A stretch of 19,283 nt of DNA from Candidatus Thorarchaeota archaeon (GCA_029858305.1 JAOUFI010000039.1:1-19283); one strand, 5' to 3'; numbered from the stretch's first letter, positions 7,666 to 15,728 are shown. Notes: generated by a model from the letters alone, not told the origin. A program made the numbers and translations.

Positions 7666-8544
7666 TCACCCAGTCAAATGATTGAGAATAGAATCAGCAG
7701 GAACTCTGTTCATGCTGAGTCCCACATCTTCTTCAGTCATCCCTAAAGCTAAGCCAAGAATCTGAGGGTACAGAAGTACTGGTAAGTTGAACTCCTCACC
7801 ATATGATTCTTTCAATCCTAGCTGTTGTAAATCAAGCTGATTTCCACAGGCTGGGCAGACCACAGCAATGAATTCCGCTCCTGATTCTTTCATTGATTTT
7901 AGCTTATCACGAGCAAGTCGGATTGCTAGGTTTTCGTCAACAGGCAGAACTGTTGCGCCACAACATTGTTTCCACAATGGGTACTCTATAACTGATGCAC
8001 CGGTTGCTTGAACCAGCTGGTTCAGATATTCTGGTCTAAATTCGGTCACATCAATAGGGCGAAGAAGATGACAACCATAGTGAATGGCAATGCCAACTCC
8101 ATCTAATGGCTTAGTGATCTTTTTCCCTATCTCTTCAACACCAATATCCGTATACAGAGCTTCAACAAAATGGCGGGGAGTAATCGTGCCTTTGAATTCC
8201 AAATCATCCTTCTTGAGAATATCGTTAACTTTCTTCCTGTAACCAGCATCGTGCTTGAGAAAATGGTAGACATCCTTGAGTGATCCAAAGCATCCGTTGC
8301 AGGGTGTAACAATGTCATGACCATTCTTCTCTGCAATAGCTAGAGTTCTTGCATTTATGGTGAGCCATCCCAGATAGTCAATTGCACGAAGATTGGGACT
8401 TCCACAACAGCCGACACCTTCCATGTATTCCAACTGGATATCATATGTTTCTGCAACTTTCATCATAGCCGCTTCATAGTTGGGGTAGTTTGCAGGCACA
8501 CTGCAACCCATGTATAAGTTGTATATTGGCACCCTACTCACCAC
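7666..8544 (-). CDS. hdrB: Heterodisulfide reductase subunit B (CCG-domain protein)
   Basis: Two CCG domains: MGC...GCCGSP...PCNGC and HYGCH...QCCGA...VCPAC, followed by QLD and PQILGLALG. Overlaps the hdrC stop. Confidence 0.95.
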   Translation of the reverse strand: MVSRVPIYNLYMGCSVPANYPNYEAAMMKVAETYDIQLEYMEGVGCCGSPNLRAIDYLGWLTINARTLAIAEKNGHDIVTPCNGCFGSLKDVYHFLKHDAGYRKKVNDILKKDDLEFKGTITPRHFVEALYTDIGVEEIGKKITKPLDGVGIAIHYGCHLLRPIDVTEFRPEYLNQLVQATGASVIEYPLWKQCCGATVLPVDENLAIRLARDKLKSMKESGAEFIAVVCPACGNQLDLQQLGLKESYGEEFNLPVLLYPQILGLALGMTEEDVGLSMNRVPADSILNHLTG

Positions 8545-9076
8545 CCTCCACTAGTTTGTTCGTTCGTGTTTCCTTCAGGATGGTTTTCACAGCTTCGACA
8601 GATAATCCAGGAACGGCGGGCTCAAGACCCAAGTCTTCACGCTCCCAATCAGCTGTCACTGTGTAGAGTTGACCTTTCTCAAGGAGTTCTTTCCCTAAGC
8701 CTATGATATTGGAAGGAACTTTCCCTTCTTCAGCAGCGAGGTTCTTACAATCAAAGAAAATATCTGTTACTCGAACTTTCTGCGGGCAACGTTCCTGGCA
8801 CTGATAACAGGTCAGGCACAGCCATATCTCACTGGAGGAGAGAACCTCCTCTTTCATTCCGAGAATGATCATCCGGATGAGTTGATGCGGTTTGTACTGC
8901 CAAATATTAGCAATCGGACATGCTGCGGTACATGTCGAACAAGCAAAACACGCAGAGAGTTCTTCGCTGTTTGGCATACTTTTGATTTGTTCTCGAAACT
9001 TTGTATCTAGCTTCGACATATCAATTGGGTCAATCAAAGTAGTTGGTGGGCCACTTTGTTCTTCCATTTCAGTCAT
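8534..9076 (-). CDS. hdrC: Heterodisulfide reductase subunit C
   Basis: CFACSTCTAACP and WLCLTCYQCQERCPQKV [4Fe-4S] motifs; 180 aa; directly upstream of hdrB. Confidence 0.95.
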   Translation of the reverse strand: MTEMEEQSGPPTTLIDPIDMSKLDTKFREQIKSMPNSEELSACFACSTCTAACPIANIWQYKPHQLIRMIILGMKEEVLSSSEIWLCLTCYQCQERCPQKVRVTDIFFDCKNLAAEEGKVPSNIIGLGKELLEKGQLYTVTADWEREDLGLEPAVPGLSVEAVKTILKETRTNKLVEGGE

Positions 9077-9135
9077 AGGTTACACCACAACCATTTGATG
9101 AGTTTCTCGGGGAGTATTCAGCCATTTAATGCCTA

Positions 9136-9174
9136 TATTAAAAGTTTGTAGCCATGACATATTCACTACATGTC
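9136..9174 (-). promoter_or_regulatory. Putative hdr operon promoter (TATA box) with an upstream palindrome
   Basis: Minus-strand TTTTAATA at 9136-9143, preceded by CAAAC, about 60 bp upstream of the hdrC ATG. GACAT-N9-ATGTC at 9156-9174. Confidence 0.45.
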
Positions 9175-9178
9175 CAAG

Positions 9179-9370
9179 TTACAGTTCTTCACCAAAGCCT
9201 CTCCGGTAAAGTAGAAACAAAATACCAGAAATTCCCAAGGAAACAGTTACTACATAGGCAAAGAACTCGAATATACTCATCATGTTTATTGGATACATCA
9301 AACCACCAATTATGGCGAGCATAATACAAATGACACCGACAACTTGGAATATGACACGATGACCGGGCAT
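9179..9370 (-). CDS. Small hypothetical membrane protein (two predicted TM helices)
   Basis: Track ORF 9179..9427; ATG at 9370 (MPGHR) avoids overlap with the upstream ORF. Two hydrophobic stretches, VIFQVVGVICIMLAIIGGLMY and FFAYVVTVSLGISGILFLLY, are followed by RRG. Confidence 0.6.
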   Translation of the reverse strand: MPGHRVIFQVVGVICIMLAIIGGLMYPINMMSIFEFFAYVVTVSLGISGILFLLYRRGFGEEL

Positions 9371-9395
9371 GATTTGTGTCTGAACTGACAGCCTC

Positions 9396-9692
9396 TTAGG
9401 ACTTTCTGTCGATAGACATTGCCTCAATTATTGATTCGATTCTCGTGCAGACACCCTCACACGATCGAGTGGTCAAATCAAAAATCTGCATAGTCATCTG
9501 TATCAGGTAAGATTTTAGATTCTCTGGGTCAGCGTGAAGATTGGTTAGTATTGGACCGCCATCATTAGTTAGTTTCAGAATCCCTGTAAGGGCGATGAGG
9601 AATTTTTCATGGGACGACCTAATTTCATTGATTTGTTGATTCAGGTAATCTAATAGATGGTTTAAATCAGCAAGGACTTGCTCATTTTTCAT
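9396..9692 (-). CDS. Hypothetical protein (helical)
   Basis: 98-aa ATG ORF overlapping the gins51 stop, co-oriented, with an amphipathic helical pattern. No recognised motif. Confidence 0.6.
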   Translation of the reverse strand: MKNEQVLADLNHLLDYLNQQINEIRSSHEKFLIALTGILKLTNDGGPILTNLHADPENLKSYLIQMTMQIFDLTTRSCEGVCTRIESIIEAMSIDRKS

Positions 9693-10326
9693 CTATTGAG
9701 CCACCATCCTCAAGCACTACTCGAACCGCAGTGCCATCACGTAGCCATCTTCTAGCATTTGCAGTAGGTATTGTTGCAACATCCTCTTTCTTGAATGGAC
9801 CATAGGTCTGTTCATCAAGCCCCATGAAAGCTTCATCAATAGGCCTCAAAAATTTTACAACTATTTGGTCCATCTCATCAGATTCTTCAACAGGTACTTC
9901 ACCCTGTTGCTTTGCTGCTTTTCCCTTCTTGGCCTTGCTCTTTGTGCGAGGTGGAACTGTTCCTGCTAGTGATTCTGTCATAAATTCCGAGTGAGCATCG
10001 AATGCACGCTGAATTCGATTATAGAACTCCTCCTCAGCAAGAATCATATCACTTGTTGGACGACGACCTGCAAGTGCTGATTTCATGATTTTATCTCGCC
10101 GAAGTGCAAGCAAATCTTCGAGCATGAATTCCAGATTGAGCGCTTCTTGTGTAAGTATATCGGCTTGGAGTGAATCTTCCGCACTTGTCGATGCCAGTGA
10201 CAAGCGGACATTAGAGAGATATGCAATCATCTTGCTCAATCGAAGATCGGCCAGATTTTGAAGCAATTCGTTCTCCGTTTCATCTTCCCAAGCGCTCTTG
10301 ATGTCATCATAGTTTTTATCACTCAA
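9682..10326 (-). CDS. gins51: GINS complex subunit, Gins51 (Gins15) type
   Basis: Helical A-domain (LALRRDKIM, EEEFY) then C-terminal B-domain VVKFLRPI...FMGLDEQTYGPFKKEDVATIPTANARRWLRDG. Canonical position after pcn-priS. Likely start is TTG at 10326, overlapping the priS stop; the track's first 30 aa lie inside priS. Confidence 0.88.
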   Translation of the reverse strand: MSDKNYDDIKSAWEDETENELLQNLADLRLSKMIAYLSNVRLSLASTSAEDSLQADILTQEALNLEFMLEDLLALRRDKIMKSALAGRRPTSDMILAEEEFYNRIQRAFDAHSEFMTESLAGTVPPRTKSKAKKGKAAKQQGEVPVEESDEMDQIVVKFLRPIDEAFMGLDEQTYGPFKKEDVATIPTANARRWLRDGTAVRVVLEDGGSIDEK

Positions 10327-11692
10327 TTGAAGCAACCCCCTTGCAGAGTGCAAACACAGCTGCAGCCATAGGCAACTCAACGGTTTCCCCCTTGGTAAAC
10401 GGTCCATATGTTTCATCTTTTACCTTGAAAGAGGGCACAATCGGTCCTTTAGGAAAAATAACTTTCATAGTGCCCTGATTAAAAGCAATCGATTCATTGA
10501 ATGGATTAAAATCATCAAGTTGGTTTCGAGTGAGCAAAGATACGGCAAAGCCAGTCTTGCCGTTCAAGCTGCCGATGAGTCGAATTACCCTGTGAATATC
10601 ATGGGTGACAGGTCTGTCAATCTCACTACCATAGAGCTCGACAGCTTTCTCTGCAATTTCCTGCCAAGATTTCACTCCCACACGCTCCACATTCTTACTG
10701 AGGATAGGCCTTGTTCGTAAAAGGCCATCTAATGCGTCAGCCTTATTTTCTTTCAGAGAAGAAACCCATTTCTCTGTTCCTGAGTACGAATCAATAGCAC
10801 GAATGAATTCAACCATAGCATCAGCAATTCGTCCAGTCCAACCTGGAAAATCACGACCTGGCATCCATTTGGCGCCACTCTCCGTAACTATTGCCTTATC
10901 GCCTTTGAACCCAAGACCCATCACATAATGGACTATTTCTACTCGTGCATTAGAATCTAGCAAAAATACTTGAGGGTCACGGACTCGCACATGGTAACCC
11001 CTATGTCCACTATAATTCAGCTGAATTTTATCTGGGTCAAACCCGAAATCGCCAACCAGAAAATCGTCGTAGAGTTTTATTGTGTATTTTCTTGCTTCAT
11101 TGAGGCATTTTTCACAAATCCATTTTCTGGTACCAAAACTAGCATTTCCACATACGGGGCAAGTTTCTGGGGGTGTACCTGTTCCTGTTTTATGGCAGTC
11201 TGAGTTGTTGCACCGCCAAGCGTCATGATCGTTCGAGCACTTTAGTTCCAAATGGTCAGCATCTATATCAAAGACCAGTTCGGCGCCTTGCCACTCTTTT
11301 TCATGCATATGTGTAGCAATAGGAACTTTATAGAAAGCTGCAGAGTGGTATACGCTCTGGGGTGCAGAGTTAGATAGGCCTGTTAAGAGAGTTTCTCGAG
11401 ATTGATAGCCAATATGACGAATCCAACTAGTGGATTTAATCTCTCCAGACCCACAGTTTGGACATTCTTTCAAAGGCTGAAAGGATTTTCCTGACTTTCC
11501 ACAACCGTTTCGGGCGTCTTTGCCTTTTCTTTCGATACAATGCCAGTTATGTTCCCAAGTCTGCAAAGCAAACTCTCTAGCATGAACATTGTCAGGTACA
11601 TCTATGGATTCAGGGTTTTCTGAGTAATACTCATGAAACAGAAGTCGGAGCTTCATTATTGTTGTTGTTCGTCCCTGATTCCTTGTTGACAT
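10319..11692 (-). CDS. priS: DNA primase small (catalytic) subunit with extra zinc ribbons
   Basis: REFA, WQGAELVFDIDAD, YSGHRGYH and IDRPVTHDIHRVIRLIGSLNGKTG AEP motifs; C-terminal YGPF domain; SD GAGGAG upstream. Confidence 0.96.
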   Translation of the reverse strand: MSTRNQGRTTTIMKLRLLFHEYYSENPESIDVPDNVHAREFALQTWEHNWHCIERKGKDARNGCGKSGKSFQPLKECPNCGSGEIKSTSWIRHIGYQSRETLLTGLSNSAPQSVYHSAAFYKVPIATHMHEKEWQGAELVFDIDADHLELKCSNDHDAWRCNNSDCHKTGTGTPPETCPVCGNASFGTRKWICEKCLNEARKYTIKLYDDFLVGDFGFDPDKIQLNYSGHRGYHVRVRDPQVFLLDSNARVEIVHYVMGLGFKGDKAIVTESGAKWMPGRDFPGWTGRIADAMVEFIRAIDSYSGTEKWVSSLKENKADALDGLLRTRPILSKNVERVGVKSWQEIAEKAVELYGSEIDRPVTHDIHRVIRLIGSLNGKTGFAVSLLTRNQLDDFNPFNESIAFNQGTMKVIFPKGPIVPSFKVKDETYGPFTKGETVELPMAAAVFALCKGVASIE

Positions 11693-11804
11693 TGAAGAAG
11701 ACCACTCCTCTTGTGAACTTTTATGTTTCGACTATAAGAACCATTGAGGTATTGACGAGATTATAGTAATACTAGGTTTCATTCTTTGCAATCAGCGAAA
11801 TAGC

Positions 11805-12566
11805 TTAGGGCCTTCGTTCAACACGCGGTGCTAGGATGAAACTGATATTGCCAGCCTCTGCTATCGCAAACTCCAGCATCATTGGTTTGTTCCCAGTAAG
11901 TTGAAGAATTATGCTATCACTAGGAATAGATTTTGATATCTCAGCCAAGTAATTAAGTGCGTACATAGCAGTTGACGGCCCACTGCCGATTTTCAACTGG
12001 AACAGAGCAGGATCTTCGCCCTCAGTAGAGAGAATGACTTGTGCCTCGCCTGTATCACCTTCACCTGAAAAGGTGAGTGTGTTTTTCTCAACGCTAATCT
12101 TGACATGACTTGAAACCACGCCTATATCCTTGATTGCTTGCTTGAACGCATCTGCGTACATTTCAGCCTTGACTTCAAAAGCCATACTTGGTTTACTTGT
12201 TGGGCTATCTGGAGGAGTTAGAAGCTGAAGTTTGAACTGTCTTTCTGCTTGACCAATCATCTTGATTTCTAATCGTTTATCGTCCTCATCAAGATTAAAC
12301 TCTAAGCGTTCATCGCCACCCATTCGTTTACTCACTCTGGCAAGCTCATCAATACCCAAGCAGATATCATGTTCTCCTTTGCATGCATACTCCTGAAAAA
12401 CAGCAGCTGGAAGGTTCAAATCAACCATTGCTGCTTTGGATGAGTCTAGTTGCCGTAGTGTCATTCCAGATTCGGATACTTGAAGATGAGCCTCAGTAAG
12501 AAGTGTTGCTAAGGCATCAACTATCTGTTTCCAAGTTTTTGTACTGTCTAGAGTTGCGTGGAACAT
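11805..12566 (-). CDS. pcn: PCNA sliding clamp
   Basis: 253 aa; LDSSKAAMVDLNL, FQEY, YALNYL, PMMLEF and FILAPRVE C-terminus; SD GGAGG. Confidence 0.97.
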   Translation of the reverse strand: MFHATLDSTKTWKQIVDALATLLTEAHLQVSESGMTLRQLDSSKAAMVDLNLPAAVFQEYACKGEHDICLGIDELARVSKRMGGDERLEFNLDEDDKRLEIKMIGQAERQFKLQLLTPPDSPTSKPSMAFEVKAEMYADAFKQAIKDIGVVSSHVKISVEKNTLTFSGEGDTGEAQVILSTEGEDPALFQLKIGSGPSTAMYALNYLAEISKSIPSDSIILQLTGNKPMMLEFAIAEAGNISFILAPRVERRP

Positions 12567-12713
12567 TGTACTTTTCCTCCAGTTAGATGAAAGACCATTG
12601 AATAGGTGTGGTCTGGACAGATATTAGAAGTATCAACAGCAATTAAAATGTACTTCTCGGAAGATTCAGGCTTGAGAAAGTAATGGATTGTTTCTAGCAT
12701 TCTATTTCCTTCA

Positions 12714-13085
12714 TCAACTCATTGTTTTAGTAACCCTCTCCTCAAGCTCCAGAACTTCTTTGTACAGAGCGATGTCGAGCGTATCAATATCATGCGCGAG
12801 AATTGCATTTAGCCAAGGAATCTTTGTTTCCCCGTCTGTCTTCTCTGTCACATCACCAATGATGAGATACTTCTTCTTAGGTTCAAGGGTTCCCTCTATA
12901 GTAATCCAAATACTTCCCGCCTTCTTGAAGTCTTCATCGAAGAGATCCTGTACAAGAGCAGAGCCAGGACTGGAATCTACAACAATTCCAAGTATTCTAA
13001 CAGGCCCACGAGATTCCGGGGAAATATCGCGAATAGTTGTGAGCCGAGCTGGCTTTTTACGAATGAATTTTTTCTCTTCGGTCAA
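12714..13085 (-). CDS. rpa3: Small OB-fold protein, replication protein A subunit 3 (RPA14)-like
   Basis: RKKPA...IRDI...VRILGIVVD...IIGDV...DIDTLDIALYKEVLELEER matches my recollection of the Thermococcales RPA14 pattern (RRKPA...ISEI...IG...DLEALEEIRELER): a single OB fold plus a C-terminal trimerisation helix. TTG start. Confidence 0.72.
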   Translation of the reverse strand: MTEEKKFIRKKPARLTTIRDISPESRGPVRILGIVVDSSPGSALVQDLFDEDFKKAGSIWITIEGTLEPKKKYLIIGDVTEKTDGETKIPWLNAILAHDIDTLDIALYKEVLELEERVTKTMS

Positions 13086-13191
13086 ATCGCAAGCGCCCTT
13101 TTTGTTATCCTAAGTATTATGAGATACCATCTGCCTTTGGGTGAACCATCTGTAGGGCTATAAATGTGTCAGTCATTCTACCGTGATTAGA

Positions 13192-13521
13192 CTATCCACC
13201 ATAGTTGCGCCATGTGTGTTTGCAGCTGGTGCAGCGATAGAACTCTGTTGCCCCTTCATCACCACGCCGTGTCTGTACAGTCCAATAATATGCATCAGTA
13301 TTGTTACATTTAGGGCAGATTGCTTTTGTGACAGGCATTGGGATAGAGTCATCTTCAACAACAATAATTCTATCACGCGGACCTTTCTCAAGATTCTGAG
13401 AAACACTCAATTCACCCCGGATTTCTTTGATATGTTCGCAACTCCGGCACCTCAAGACTCGTTTTCCGTCTTCTTGTGTGAAAGGTACCATCATGGCACC
13501 ACATTTGTCACAGAATTCCAT
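13192..13521 (-). CDS. tfs: Transcription factor S (RpoM/Rpb9/TFIIS-like transcript cleavage factor)
   Basis: MEFCDKCG...CRSC and CPKC...QTRRGDEG...FYRCTSCKHTWR zinc ribbons with the acidic DE hairpin. Start at MEFC (13521) preferred over the track's 13563. Confidence 0.95.
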   Translation of the reverse strand: MEFCDKCGAMMVPFTQEDGKRVLRCRSCEHIKEIRGELSVSQNLEKGPRDRIIVVEDDSIPMPVTKAICPKCNNTDAYYWTVQTRRGDEGATEFYRCTSCKHTWRNYGG

Positions 13522-13598
13522 GGGATTGCACTCCGCTTTTGAGCTGCTGTGTTCATATGTCAATTAAGCGTTTTGACTTGTCCATAGAAAGTAAGTTG

Positions 13599-14012
13599 TT
13601 AATGCGGAAGATGTGTAATATTCAATTCCAAGAAATGCTGGAAAGAAGTAGCAGCAAGATTGCCTTCCTTTTCTCGACTGGTCTTACTATCAATGTCAAG
13701 TAAACTTGCGAGAGAATCAGCCATGGAAGGGATAGTTATCTTATCAGTCATCCATAGGTATGCCATAATAGCCTCGTATGCATCAGCAGCCTTTCCGATA
13801 TCACTTCTCCGATTCATATGTTGATATACAGACGTTCCTCGTATTGCTCGAGCAAGAACACTATCTCGAACCTTTTCACCTGTCGTATAGCCTAGAACTA
13901 AGGTCTTAGCAAGAGAATAACATAGGTTTACGAGATTATCACCAACCTTAGCTAAGCCCTTGTCATTCATAATCTGCTCGATGCTTGTATGTCTGACAAA
14001 AGACGTCCACAT
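13599..14012 (-). CDS. Archaeal ribonuclease III-like family protein
   Basis: DKGLAKVGDNLVNLCYSLA...KVRDSVLARA...ADAYEAIMAYLW resembles the RNase III LxxxGD...DxxEA signature. Location next to rpoL is typical for this archaeal family. SD GGTGAG. Confidence 0.75.
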   Translation of the reverse strand: MWTSFVRHTSIEQIMNDKGLAKVGDNLVNLCYSLAKTLVLGYTTGEKVRDSVLARAIRGTSVYQHMNRRSDIGKAADAYEAIMAYLWMTDKITIPSMADSLASLLDIDSKTSREKEGNLAATSFQHFLELNITHLPH

Positions 14013-14042
14013 TTGGGACTCACCAGCATAGCATTTTGATCT

Positions 14043-14333
14043 TCAATCAATACTATGGTCAGATGTCGCTTGATTGAACTTCTTTCGAAACTCTTCGGTG
14101 CGAGCAAGCATCTTTTCAAGAGCTTCACGAAGAACTACATTTGCTTGGCGACGTTTTGTTCGTAGAGTAACTATCGGACTAGCTAGTAATGGATGTTCAA
14201 TATTATAACCAGCAAATTCTACAGCAGGCTCTTCGAGAAGGGTCTTACGAAGGAGATTAGGAAATGAATGTCCTTCTCCACCAATCTCGAAAATCATCTC
14301 AAACTTAGTATTCTCTATTGTTCTTGGTTTCAA
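14043..14333 (-). CDS. rpoL: DNA-directed RNA polymerase subunit L (Rpo11)
   Basis: GEGHSFPNLLRKTLLEEPAVEFAGYNIEHPLL motif; TTGA overlap with the csl4 stop. Confidence 0.95.
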   Translation of the reverse strand: MKPRTIENTKFEMIFEIGGEGHSFPNLLRKTLLEEPAVEFAGYNIEHPLLASPIVTLRTKRRQANVVLREALEKMLARTEEFRKKFNQATSDHSID

Positions 14334-15097
14334 TCACGACGCCTCCGTGTGTCACTTCCTCTTCTATCAGGTCGACTTGATTTTCTATCACTAAAACGTT
14401 TATCTCCATCCCTCTCACGACGCCCCCCTTCGAAGCGTCTTCCGCCACGATGGTCACCTCGGTCATAATCACGATTATCGTAAGACCTTCGCCTCGGTGC
14501 TAGATCTGGTCTTGCTTCAAGTCCATAGTTCTGACCATAATCACTAGCAACTTCGCGGGTTTCTCTGTTTTCACATCTCAAGCAAAACATGTTATTGTAA
14601 GTGGTAAGAGTCAGAGGATGACCGCATCTAGAACATCTCGAAAAGACCACTCCAAGATCGGGTCCGATAACACTTACAGTAGTGGGAATCTCATGTGTGT
14701 TCAATGCAACAGCACGGACAATATCACTCACTCTCAGCACATCATGCATACTTTTAATGAAGCGGCGTGTCACATTGCTAATATGAATCTCACCTATGAG
14801 ACCGCTGTGAAAATCTTCACCATTCCTGCGTACAACTGCAATCTCAGCTCGTTGTTCATATGCGTTGACAACTTCGCCCATTAGGATGTCACCCTTGACA
14901 GGGAGTGCTAGTTTCATCTTACCATCTGTTTGAAGGACCTTGATAATTCTCTCTTTGAGGTCCATTGAAACTGCGCCTGGTGCAGCTGCAAATACAATGC
15001 CATCTTTTTCATAGGTGCCGTAGCTAGGACTTAGCTCTTCTATCACACATAGCTGGTCTCCAGGAACCACGATATCACCACTCTTAACGTCAGCCAT
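14330..15097 (-). CDS. csl4: Exosome RNA-binding subunit Csl4 with an R/D/G-rich C-terminal tail
   Basis: VVPGDQL...GTYE N-terminal domain, S1 domain (GEIHISNV...DIVRA), LGVV-x3-CSRCG...CLRC...ETRE zinc ribbon; adjacent to rpoL. ATG at 15097 overlaps the methylase stop (track start 15106). Confidence 0.93.
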   Translation of the reverse strand: MADVKSGDIVVPGDQLCVIEELSPSYGTYEKDGIVFAAAPGAVSMDLKERIIKVLQTDGKMKLALPVKGDILMGEVVNAYEQRAEIAVVRRNGEDFHSGLIGEIHISNVTRRFIKSMHDVLRVSDIVRAVALNTHEIPTTVSVIGPDLGVVFSRCSRCGHPLTLTTYNNMFCLRCENRETREVASDYGQNYGLEARPDLAPRRRSYDNRDYDRGDHRGGRRFEGGRRERDGDKRFSDRKSSRPDRRGSDTRRRRD

Positions 15098-15728
15098 TCG
15101 GTTCACACTCTTTGGAACATATTCGATAAAGATCTACATCAATCATATGTACACTTTTTTTATGATAATCGAACAATTTACCGATTGGAAATTGGAATGT
15201 TTCGATTTGTGTCACTCTTGCACCAAGCTTCTCGACTTCATTTTTCAGGAAGACTCTGTTCTTGTCACCTGCAAGGTGGATGCTATAGGTCACATCGGCA
15301 ATTGAGATTGCTTTTTGTAGGAATCTCAGGTCAGCACCTCTCTTTTTAACACCAAACGGTGGATTGCTGACCACAGTGTCGACAAGACTTCGTAGCTGAA
15401 AAGAGGAGACATCTCCTAATACCCAGTCTACTGTGTCTTCTATCCCGAGCAATCGTGAATTCATTTGTGACGCCTTTAAGGCTTTGCTTTGTACATCAAT
15501 TCCAATCACATGCTTAGCATCAAGAAGAGCTGCCCCAAGTGCAAATATCCCGTCTCCACACCCCAGATCACATACTGTCTTACTTGTTATATCACCGTGT
15601 TCCATCTGGGCTGCGAAAAGAATTGTAGAGGCAATTTTGGCAGGGGTTGGATACTGCTCTAATGAAACATCATACTCCCCAGTGTGTGATATAGATTCAA
15701 GTGCAATCTCAAGATCCCTAAGGCGCAA
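15090..15728 (-). CDS. METTL5-family SAM-dependent N6-adenine RNA methyltransferase
   Basis: LEQYPTPA, DLGCGDG, NPPFG and YSIH motifs; TTG start with SD AGGTGA at 15735-15740. Confidence 0.92.
   Translation of the reverse strand: MRLRDLEIALESISHTGEYDVSLEQYPTPAKIASTILFAAQMEHGDITSKTVCDLGCGDGIFALGAALLDAKHVIGIDVQSKALKASQMNSRLLGIEDTVDWVLGDVSSFQLRSLVDTVVSNPPFGVKKRGADLRFLQKAISIADVTYSIHLAGDKNRVFLKNEVEKLGARVTQIETFQFPIGKLFDYHKKSVHMIDVDLYRICSKECEPNG

Noticed and set aside
4229-8544. Selenocysteine (UGA) recoding in HdrA/MvhD, known in some Asgard archaea and Methanococcales
   Set aside because: The ORFs are uninterrupted, the relevant positions are ordinary Cys, the TGA stops fall at natural domain ends, and no SECIS-like element was recognised.
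12592-12682. Small inverted repeats upstream of pcn (AGACCA/TGGTCT and TACTTCTC/GAGAAAGTA)
   Set aside because: Short arms with long spacers; not distinguishable from chance without comparative data.
13192-13203. TFS ends in Gly-Gly, like ubiquitin/SAMP modifiers
   Set aside because: The fold is a zinc ribbon rather than a beta-grasp, and no conjugation genes are nearby; probably coincidental.
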